In this document: positions 1 through 15,400 of the stretch, piece by piece | How positions within the stretch are numbered: position 1 is the first letter of the stretch | Layout: the number at the start of each line of letters is the position of its first letter | NCBI RefSeq assembly: GCF_964204645.1 | Contig: NC_134026.1 | Span: forward strand, 27,810,150 to 27,874,149 | Length of the DNA stretch: 64,000 bases | Direction of reading: 5' to 3' | DNA from: Tubulanus polymorphus | Lineage: Eukaryota > Animalia > Nemertea | Program-made: the position numbers and the translations under genes | The notes under the pieces: generated by a model | What the model was told of the DNA's origin: nothing | Database searches by the model: none | What the model saw: the letters and a program-made list of their open reading frames with translations, nothing else

Positions 1-488
1 TACTCGGAATTTACATTCAATTCATCACTACTCAGATACCATTTCAAAGTTGCCTTTGGTAACATCATGAACTCATCCGTATTCAAAATTTCGTGAAAAT
101 GCCAGAAAATGAAAGCTTTGGCTTTTTCATACATTTCACTTAAGCAGAATTTATCACAAATATAAAATACAGAAAAACAGTTTGAGTAAGAGATAGACCT
201 CAACATGTAATCACAACTGTATGTTTTCAGTTGCGTGAATTGAAGCATGCACACGACAGGAACAATAATGAACACATTTGAATTCGTTAAATTCAAATTG
301 CCAGTTGAAATATAATCGAGAATGAGTTTAAATCCATCTGCTGATACGTCATTCAATGTGATTTCTGTTGCATTTCTTTCCAGCATATTACTACTAAACA
401 TAGCGCGGAAATATTCACTGTTTTCAGAAAGCGCATTTTTAGAACATTCGAACTTCTTTCCTTCGATATTCAAAGTTACTTCATCCAT
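1..488 (-). CDS. BTB-BACK domain protein (Kelch-like/KBTBD family), 5' part; runs off the window start
   Basis: Hand translation from ATG at 488: MDEVTLNIEGKKFECSKNALSENSEYFRAMFSSNMLERNATEITLNDVSADGFKLILDYISTGNLNLTNSNV...NCFSVFYICDKFCLSEMYEKAKAFIFWHFHEILNTDEFMMLPKATLKWYLSSDELNVNSE. SEYFRAMF, LILDYI-TG and LSSDELNV-SE are typical BTB and BACK motifs. No stop before the window edge, so it is absent from the ORF track. Confidence 0.9.
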   Translation of the reverse strand, partial: MDEVTLNIEGKKFECSKNALSENSEYFRAMFSSNMLERNATEITLNDVSADGFKLILDYISTGNLNLTNSNVFIIVPVVCMLQFTQLKTYSCDYMLRSISYSNCFSVFYICDKFCLSEMYEKAKAFIFWHFHEILNTDEFMMLPKATLKWYLSSDELNVNSE

Positions 489-532
489 ATTGCCGGATCT
501 GATGACTAGAGCAGCACTGCAGCTATAACAGA

Positions 533-721
533 TTAATCTATATGTCCAGCATCTTGAAGTGCATAACGCCGCGATAGATAAATCGTGCCGATAATAGAAA
601 TGACAACCACACAGAATGCAAAGATATAAAATGTTTCCTCATCAAATATATCAGTGAATCCAGGGATATACTGAGATGCGTGTTTGACAATTTTCCTCTG
701 GGGCGAATTCTTTGGTAACAT
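533..721 (-). CDS. 62-aa single-pass membrane microprotein, upstream ORF of the BTB-BACK gene
   Basis: ATG in AAAAGATG context just after an acceptor (TTTTGCAG at ~744-751). Acidic stretch DIFDEETF, then a ~22-aa hydrophobic helix (YIFAFCVVVISIIGTIYL), then basic SRR, which is typical membrane-protein topology. Confidence 0.65.
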   Translation of the reverse strand: MLPKNSPQRKIVKHASQYIPGFTDIFDEETFYIFAFCVVVISIIGTIYLSRRYALQDAGHID

Positions 722-2027
722 CTTTTATGGGTTTAATTTTTCTCTGCAAAAAATAATAACATGTTAATGAAAAAAAAAGAATAAATAAGTAAACTGGAGC
801 TTAAGATCTTATGCTATAGATCTAATATGAATATAACGATTTGTGTTGCTAATTAGTGCGATTGAAAATGCAGAAAATGAACTTTAATTAATCTAATTCC
901 ATTTACAAATAGCTAACACTGAGGGCTACATTGAGTTGATCTAAATATGAAGAATCTGATATAGAGTCATACATCACATACCAAAGTTTCAATTTGTATT
1001 TGAGGATTTTTCAAGTAGTTCCATGAAATTCTAGAATATCCCCGAAAGTGGTCCAAAATAACAAACTTGTTTTATCGTAGCTGTATCAAATATGCAAATA
1101 AGCCATACTCGACTGCCAGAGATCCAATTCAAATAAATAATAATTTTATTCACAAAGTGTGATAATCAACATCACTTACCAATTCTCATTTCTATTCCTT
1201 ATGTTTTCCTTTTTACTGATGCTTTGCCCTCACAGAAAACTACTTTTTTCTCTCTTTTTAGAATTGCGCTTGTTGAAGAAATAGTACATTTTATTGTTTT
1301 TTTCTCCAATCTCTGTAAATCGCCTGTACTAAGGCTTTCCGTGAAACACATTTTGACTTGAATATGGTCATCTCAATCAAATCATCTTTACTTTAATGAC
1401 CGATAGTACAAATCATCGCTCGCCTGAGAATTAAATTCTCGCTTCATGGATTCTTCATATACCGTAGTACAAATAAACCGTCAGCCTAAGACAGGTTAAC
1501 AGAAAATTTACCTAAGCAAAAAACCAAATAATTGAACCATCATACAATAAGCCACACAAATATTTCTCATGGGATGTAATAGCATTTATTTTGCAATTAA
1601 CACCAATGAAGCCAATATCATATTCATACCATGGCATACATATTTTTTGATGACAATGATTTCAAGCTTTTATTTTTATTAACAATACATATTACATACA
1701 TACTTACCTGCGGGTGAAACAATGTAGATCAAAACAAAACAACATTCGTTGTGGTTTTATTTCACTGAATGAATTCATAAGCATTAAAATGAAATTAATT
1801 TGCACATAAAACTTGATGAAACACCATCATCGGAACATAATTCAAATTGGTACATAAGGTGCGCGAGCAATCATATGGCTTTTGATCACTAAGATATATC
1901 TGACCCACAATTTGAATATAAATGCATTCACAACTTTTCAAGCGACGCAGATAATTCTATGAATTGTCATTTTTAATTGTTCATAGTAACACAGCTACCG
2001 GTATACAGAGTTTCAGTTTGTTGACTC

Positions 2028-6587
<4,560 letters not shown>

Positions 6588-7541
6588 ATTTGTAGCTTTT
6601 TAAACCAAAGACGAGATGCACAGAATAACAAGCACCCGCGGTGCACGAAGACCTACGGCCCGTGTTAGGTTACGATAGATGGCGCCACGATGTCTTGCGG
6701 ACTCGGGAGCGGACTAAAAAAAACCAACATAACGAAATAATGTAATATTTATGTTCATGCATTTATTCTTTCTCAAGTACACGTAATATAAATAAAGCAC
6801 CATCAAGTTCTCAAAAATCATGTATAACCAGTTTCACTTTTTTTGTAATCATCACAAAAATCCTTTTGAAATAAAATATTTGCTCATCACAAACACATTT
6901 AATATAGTTTAAATCAAGTCATTAACAATGATCATGTTTCAAAATGGAATGTCACAGGTATTCATGTTTTGCCTCATAGAATTAGCTATTACAATACTAA
7001 ATACCAAAAAGACTAGTTCTTGTATATCATATATGATTACCACAACTCATGTATATGGTTAAATAAACAGTGATTAACAAGATATGTAAAAACATAAATA
7101 TAAACTTCTGCCCTTATCTTCTTCATATCAAATCAGCCTTTTTTAAAATAATATTGAAAATTGTATTCACTAGATTATTTGTGGAGCTAAAGGCTGTTAA
7201 TGGAAGTCAAGACTTTTGTTCTGAAATTATATGTTCGCTGTGTTTAACAAATCAAGAGAACTTTACTAACAAATGATTGTATATATCTGAAATCTCATTA
7301 ACCATATAGGTATGTATTCAATACAACACAGCAGTTGGCAAATTATGTTAACTGAACATATTATTCAACTATTTGGACCAAATTAATTCAACAACTTATA
7401 TTCATCTCAGGATGGGGGACGGATTTGTCCAATAAACCAATCTTGATTACAATCAATAATTTGATGCATTTAAAATCTCATACACGCATTAGATGCAGAT
7501 TGGTGTATGCATCAATATACCCAAAAATACATACCAGTAAA

Positions 7542-7782
7542 CAGGGTTCGATCTAAGAGGACTGAAAGCCACTTGCCTGGGCCTCAAGTATATCTGAAAT
7601 TTGCAATTGCCACCTCTGGAATCTACTTGCCCTCTACACTGACTGTCTGACTGATCGCACAATCAAAAAGCTTTAAGACATCAGAATGCACAAGCCTGGC
7701 GGACAAGTGAAAACACGATAACCTACTTGCCCTAATGAAAATATACTTGTCCCAGGCAATTGGACAAGTGCTTCGTACCCTG
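7542..7782. mobile_element. Non-autonomous DNA transposon (MITE)
   Basis: Imperfect TIRs CAGGGTTCGA...TCGTACCCTG, flanked by a GTAAA direct repeat (7537-7541, 7783-7787). Internal repeated ACTTGCCC/ACTTGTCC motifs in both orientations. Confidence 0.65.
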
Positions 7783-7969
7783 GTAAACAGAATAAATCAG
7801 CTGTTTGAATAAATAATTTCAACATCCATCCTCATTAACATAATCCCCACCGATTGCAAGCAATGGGATTTTGATCCAGCACAAATTGTCTTCTTTTGCA
7901 ACACTCATATAAATATAGATATTAGATACCGACTTGGTTCATCATACAGCGGGTCATGGAATATATTTA

Positions 7970-10675
7970 TTATGCAGCACTTCCATAATTTTTCACATTT
8001 TTCAACTGTTCGTACTTACACTCATTGTCACAACGCTGTTGTTTGGCGTGACAAGCAAATCCAATAGCCAGCAATATAAATATGATAAACAACAACATTA
8101 ATAAAACGAACAGAGTGAGGTTTAGTTTGTTCGGGTTGGTCACGACTGGTAACGAATTTGTGGCATTTAACATCAAACCAATGGGCCATCCTACTTTTGT
8201 ATCTGCCACCTGTGGAAATACGGAACAAAAAAATTGAAAGGCTTCAGTTGAGTGTCACATGGAAGAATGCTTTTTGAAAAATAATAAACTTACATCCTGA
8301 ACAAATGAAATTTGCGGGAATGTTGTATCATTAAAGTGAAACCCATCCAGTAATAATGCGAGGATAAATTGGCCATCATAACAGTAATATGGAAGTTGAT
8401 CTTTAACTGAAGTTCGCATAACTTTTACCTGTAAGATACAATACATATTGATATTTCGAGGGATTTTCATATTTCTCTTAACATGTACGGACAAGCTGGA
8501 ATGTCTTTACCTCATCCCAAGTCTTGTTACAAAGACTGTAGACGGAATTTCTGAATCGAGAGATTGTCAATGGTTGCGAAATATCTGTCAAATTCAGGAA
8601 ATTCATTTCATACCAGTAACCAGAGAATGCCTATGAATAAGATAATCAAAATTATGATTGAACAACTTCCTAGTTGGGTTTCATCGAAATAACATACCAA
8701 ATAATAGCCATGGATAGGAGGCATGTATCGACCATTAAAAGAACAATGATCGTATTTACATGAAGCAGAAAAATTGAACATCTCTTTCACATATGCTAAA
8801 CACTTTTCTGGCTCGGCAGTTCCCTCGAACACATATGTTTGATTCTGGAAAATAATTAATAATTACTCGTATCTAAATCAGAGCGCTTTGAATGAAAGAA
8901 AAAATACAGTGTTCCAAGAATTTTGCATACCTTAGAACTTGCACTCAAATTTGGAATGATTGCAGAACCGTATGTCCTGATAGCTGGTGCTCCCTTAACA
9001 CATGGTTCATCAAAAATTTTATTTGAAGCAACTTCTAGAATATTGCCTTTTGGGCCACAAGGACTTTGCACTTTATTTGCAAAACTATTGTTCTGAAATC
9101 GAAATATTAAAAAAAATGCAAATGCGAAATTTTTTAGTGTATGTTTTAGACATTCATTCTTCTTAGAAATAGATGCTCACTTTAAGTACATTAGCCAGAT
9201 ATCTTTTTTCTGACTCGCCTTTTCCATAGCACAAGAAACTATCCGCAAACACTGAATACTGTTTACCATACAAAGTTAGATTTTCTGCGTATTTATCTTC
9301 AGGAATTTTTACACCAGGCTCTGGTATGTAGGTTATTTGTGAAGAGGCACCACCCATCTCGAGCGCTCCAACTGTTTCTTTGGATTTTCCAACATTAGTT
9401 GGAAGATGACGAGAGCTTTTGAATTTTGATCTTACTACCTAAAACATTGACAAAAAGGAACGGTAACCAGATTTTTCATACAGATCATTCTAAAAAGGAT
9501 GGATTATTATATTACCTGTCCAAATGAACCGAGCAAATAATTGACAGTAACCCAAGCAAATGCGCCCTCTTCTGTGCCAGTCAATATTAATGCTTGTTTT
9601 TCAGGTTCCGTGAATTTAAAAGGAGTTTTAGTTAATTCTTTTCTCACATCAGTCATCATTTTATCACATGTAGTCCTATTTCTCTCCCTATCAAAACATA
9701 AAATCTTAATTACAGGCCATTATAAAAGGCATTCGTAAATAAAAATTGCACATAGTACAAGTAGGAGAATTTCCTAAGTGGAATGTAATACACACCTAAG
9801 CATTCTCATTCCTGCAGTAGCACCGAGAAAAATGGGCGCATTTTTCCATTCACTTTTTGGTATATTCTGTTTAGCCGTTTCAATGCAGTCACCAAGTGAT
9901 TTACCAGCATTTTCTGGATTGGATTCATAGTCAGCCAATGGTGAAGCTAAAACGCAATGTGAGAAAGACTTTTGAGTAAACTGATGATATAGGCCTAAGA
10001 CATTTGAACTACCAAAGCCCGGTTACCTTTAGAACGACATTTAGCTATTTGTTCCACTATTCCAGTACCGTGGTATTTGTTTCCTTTCCATTGATAAACA
10101 AATAAAGAAGTTCTTGAAGATCCAGCATCGATTACGATTCCATACTGAAAAATAACAATCAAAACAAATGATTCTCTGAAATGGTAAACCTGACTGAATC
10201 AACTTTTTTTTTTTCGAAGCTCACATCATCTGGTATTGGGTCACCGATAACTTTCAGCGTTGCGATCGCTACCAAACCAATACCGCCAATCAAAAGCGAA
10301 ATAGCAGCAAAAATCCACCAGTTACTGTAACCAAACGTTTTTTCATCTGATGCTACAATGAAAACAATTCAATTTTTTAGCTCAAATATTCTTAAAATTT
10401 ACCTTTGAAATGAATAATAATCTTAATAGCTTACCGGGCGTACCCAAATACAACGTATCTCCATCTTTGATTCCACAAGTTCCAATTGTTCGGGTATTAT
10501 GTAAGGTTTCATCCTGATTGTTGCGCAGGATATAGTTACTTTTATGTTTGACGCCCTTTTCGATGCAAAATGTTGAAATTAGACTGTCGATGGTGTCCCC
10601 TAACTGACAAGCAACTTTTACACGTCCCTGCACGTCACTCTGCAGAATGCTTTGCACTGACACTTCGATCTCCAT
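7970..10675 (-). CDS. Ectonucleoside triphosphate diphosphohydrolase (E-NTPDase, CD39/ENTPD1/2/3/8-like, two TM) with N-terminal ubiquitin-like domain
   Basis: Apyrase conserved regions: ACR1 YGIVIDAGSSRT (~10110-10144), ACR2 IFLGATAGMRML (~9797-9832), ACR3 LTGTEEGAFAWVTVNY (~9538-9590), ACR4 GALEMGGASSQI (~9334-9370), ACR5 VGWPIG (~8177-8194). N-terminal TM WWIFAAISLLIGGIGLVAIA and C-terminal TM LTLFVLLMLLFIIFILLAIGFAC. Stop at 7970. Confidence 0.92.
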
Positions 10676-12431
10676 TGTTTGTGTCAATCTTCAATAGGAT
10701 GTTGAAAAAGGAATCAATAATCAACATATTTAAGATGACTTATGTACTCGCTTCATTTTGAGTCAAATCTCTCCACAACAGCGGAGGCTGGAGCCCCTGG
10801 AGGGAGGGACATATGCCATTCTCAGAGGGCCAGAGTTCCTCAGGCTCTTGTCAAGTTTGTACGGCGTATAGGAGATAGAGACAGAGTATAAGGCATAATT
10901 CATGCATTAATTGATTAGAGAGACCACTGTCATGACGGATCCTCCTTATTACCGAGATGACTTAATTTACCGAGATGAACCGAGCAGATGACATGATGAA
11001 ATATACCATATTTATTTATTCCTGATTTTAACACTTGAAATCGTATTATATCAGCAATAAATGTCTGCTGGAGTCATATTTTACATACACACACCAACCA
11101 AAAGCCCCCAAAAAAAGTGAGAAGGAAGTTTTAGGCTAAATATCAAAAAATATTTTTTTAGCTCACCTCGCTCGGCTCTACTACTAATCCTGTCTCTCTC
11201 TCACTCTACCTTCTTCAGCAGCATCAGTGACAGATGCAGGGGGCCGGGTCTTTTTCTGTGAATTTTATTGTATCCAAGTGTGCTTACACTCCAAAACTGG
11301 GTTGACAGATTTTTAATTGGTCAAGTGACTTTTGGAGCCTTCAAAAGACAACCAACTGTAGAATGTGCATATAAGTCAAGCATACGCCTGGCGCTACAGA
11401 CTCCGGTAACTCCTCTGTACTTAACTGTAGAATGCGCAGATAGGACGCTGGAGACTTCGTGCTACTTGGTGTCGTCAATGAAGGTCAAGTTACTACTGAA
11501 ACTGTCAAATGAATTTTTTACTTATCCCTCACCTCATCTTACAGTTTATTGCTGCAACTTTTAGCAAAACATTGCAGCTGCGAGAAAAAACATTAGGCCT
11601 AAATCATTGACTATTGTTACTGCACCTTAGTTTGTTAAAGAATCTACTTTATTTGATTTGTAAAAGCAGGGCAACATGGGCAAGAAACAACTTTCCTTCA
11701 CTCAGGCTTGATTTCACTAATCAATCAATCAATGATTCCACTTACCAAAAAAGCCATTTTAGTTAGTTTATCTTACACCAAATCAGCTCAGCTATGTCAT
11801 GCTTCAGCTCAGTCCATCTATCAATATCATTTGAACTGGACGAATTATTGTTTGAATTTAGATAAGCCTGACCGAGTTGATGCGGTCTCATCCTGTCCTG
11901 AAGTGTCTGGTTTGTGAAATCAAAATCAAAAAAAAAAGAAGATTGCCGATGGTCACTTAAACCACTTAGTGCTGAGGCCTATAGCAATTACACATGCAAT
12001 TTCTATAGATAAACTACCTGTCCTAATTACACTGACCTTATATCTCTTATCGATTTACACTCTCATTAATATATTTTGATATTTGTTTTGTTGTTTCTCA
12101 AAAAGGGTTCACGAGAAAAAAATCAATTAGGAACATAGGCCGCTCTATTTGACTCATAGAATAGTGATGAATCATTGAAAATCGTTTCATACATGTGAAA
12201 TATGATCACGAAATGACCTAACAAACAAAACAATAAGAACAAAAAAGATCAGAGGTCTGTTATGATGGTTTTATTTATTGAAATCTGTTTAGTGAGAGCA
12301 GAGTAATGACGATATAAAGGCGTATTTAGCTTCTGTGTCTTTGAGTCAGGGGTCACGATAGCGATATACAACTGGTACTTACCCTCAGTGAATCTCTTCA
12401 ATGAACTTGTGATATTTTGTAGTAGTAAGGA

Positions 12432-15400
12432 ATGGATATGTTGCCACATCATTCCCAGCCACAAGTTCGGGTCTTGGTTCTGAATGAAGGAGAAAATAAG
12501 GAAAATTGTCTCTTTAGATTTGAAAAAGGTTCGTTTTCGTAAACAATTCTTTTTGATGCGAATAAAAACTTGAAGCTCTAATATGATTTGTTGTAATGAT
12601 TTTTCAGGTTGGCAGCTGCGTTTTACGCTAGGGCCATCACTGCATTCGAAATTGGTGCGAATATTCTGCAATCATCCGCAAGAAGAAAAACAAACTTTCG
12701 AGCGACATGTATATCATGAGTTAAAATGGGTCAAGCCTTCGATATTCAAAGCCGACAATTTTGATGACTACGCCGAAGTAAAAATCATTCGAGGAGGCTC
12801 ATTTAATTATTTCTTTACAATATGTGACAGGTAATTTGGGCTAGTAAAAAGTTTCTTCATGTTATTCTTCAATAATGCTCAATAATTTCTTCAATTGTTT
12901 GTCATTGTATTTTACAGCACTGCTAAAGAAGATGCGAGTGGCCTCGGTTACTTTTTGGTCGATCCAATGCTCAATGTTGGCAAGGAGAATGATTCGATTA
13001 CATTGGACTGTATTCAGTGTCAGTCAATCCTTTCAAAAAGTCTTGGGCCATTCAGTGAATGGGAGGGAAGACTCCTCGTGGCTAAAGAGTCTGGCTATAA
13101 CATGATCCACTTCACACCGTTACAAGAACTTGGTTATTCAAACTCGGCGTATTCACTGAAAGACCAGCTACACCTGAACTCTAACTTCAGCCCATCCCCG
13201 GAAAAACGCTACACATTTGAAGACGTGGCTAAGTTGGTGAAATTTATGAAGACGAATTGGAATGTTTTATCGATGACTGATTTAGTCTACAATCATACGG
13301 CGAGTAATAGTCAATGGATACATGAACACCCAGAGTGCGGGTATAATTTGATCAATTCCCCACATCTAAGACCGGCGTACATCTTCGATAGGGTTTTCTA
13401 TCATTTCAATGCTGAGATAGCGGATGGAAAATGGGAGAAATTTGGTATTTCAGCAAAACTGAGCTCTGAAGATCATTTACAGGTATGGTTGTTGTTAAAT
13501 TCTCAATGTAGTGTAGTTTTATGTACTTTTCCTAATTCTCATTGATTTCACTCTGCAGTGTATAAAGAGAATACTCCATGAAAATGTATTGCCGAGGATT
13601 AAAATCTATGAATTTGCAATGGCACATGTGGCTAATGTAACAGCAGAATTCAGGAAATTAGCCAAAGGTTAGTTCAAAATATATGAATCAGAAATTGATT
13701 TTGAGTATTCTACAGTTTACAGATCGAAATTACTAGGGAAATGGTTTTATTTCAGTGAAGGGTTGTCCTCCGGATGATAATCTCTACAGTTCACCAATTC
13801 AACTCAAAGTAATTCAGGATCCTCAATATAAACGTCTCGGATGCACAATCGATATGGAGCTTGCGTTAAAAATGTATAACCGACCTATGTAAGTAACTGA
13901 ATTTAACAACTATTCATTCATTCAATCAGTTACTCACAATCATTGCATACCGGTACATTTCTACAATTTCTAGTCCTGGAATAATCAACGAGGAGCAAAG
14001 ATTAGATCATTGTTGCAAGCAACTTCAAACTCAGCTTGAAATACTCAATCATCATTGTTATGAAGAGATTATGGAACATTTACAAAAGGCAGTTGACAAT
14101 ATTTTGGCAAATGCTCGCTATCGATTTTTAGACTCGCACGGTCTTAGATTAGGAACAGTGACAAAAAAGACCCCGATCATGTGGCAGTAAGTGATTCAAA
14201 ACGATTCATCTTCAAGTCTGTTATAATGCCACTATTGGGACCAATAGAAAACATGGTGATTGGACTTTAACTGTATATGAACATCGTATATATTCATTGC
14301 AGGTATTTCTATCATCCTGAAGAAGATGATGTCGGAATTGAAGAAGAGGAGAAGTTGATGTATACCGAAAAAGGAGCTAGTCGTTTCGCGTATAATGGCT
14401 GGGTGATGAATGATGATCCATTGAGAAATTTTGCGGAACCTGGTGAGTGAATCATAACTAACGTTGATGGATTGATTTAGATTTTGTTATATATACGAAG
14501 GTAATTGGCTTTTGCTTTTTTCCGCATTGTTTTTTATAGGTTCAAATATATATCTTCGCCGTGAATTGATAGTTTGGGGAGATAGCGTGAAGTTGAGATA
14601 CGGAAGAAATCGTGATGATTGTCCGTATTTATGGGATCATATGTTGCTGTATACACAAGAAACAGCTCGTATATTCCAGGGAGTTCGATTAGACAACTGT
14701 CACAGTACACCTCTTCATGTTGCCGAGGTAGGCCTCGTGCTAAAACACCTTTTCATCTTTTTTATCCGCATAACTGTGTGAATTTCATGAATCGAAAGAC
14801 TACTATCGGTACATGCATCGTATTTGTAGTTTATGTTGGATGAAGCTCGTAAAATTCAGCCTGATCTCTACGTGGTAGCGGAACTGTTTACTAGCAGCGA
14901 ACATATGGATAACATCTTCATCAACAAACTGGGAATCAATTCTCTTATTCGCGGTTCGTAAAAAGAATGTGTCTCACTTCCGCTCACCTGAAAAGATAGA
15001 GAGAATCGGAAATTATTTGGTATTGATTTGTTTGTTTGTAGAGGCAATGAGTGCTTGGGACGCGCATGAAGAAGGTCGTCTCGTGTATCGATATGGTGGT
15101 TTACCCGCTGGTGCATTCATACAGCCTCACGTACGACCACTCGTTCCATCGATCGCTCACGCTTTATTCATGGATCAAACGCATGACAATCCATCACCTA
15201 TAGAGAAACGGTCGGTTTATGATCTCCTTCCTAGTGCGGCGTTAGTGTCTATGGCTTGTTGCGCTACTGGAAGTAATCGTGGCTATGATGAGTTGGTGCC
15301 TCATCATGTAAGTTCTCATGTTAAATGTCTTTGACCGCACTGACTCTGATGATATGAGTTAAAACTATCGGTTTATTTTACAGGTACATGTTGTCAATGA

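Noticed and set aside
1700-1860. U1 snRNA gene (ATACTTACCTG on the plus strand)
   Set aside because: Similarity ends after 11 nt, with no U1 stem-loops or Sm site. Better read as a minus-strand 5' splice-site motif.
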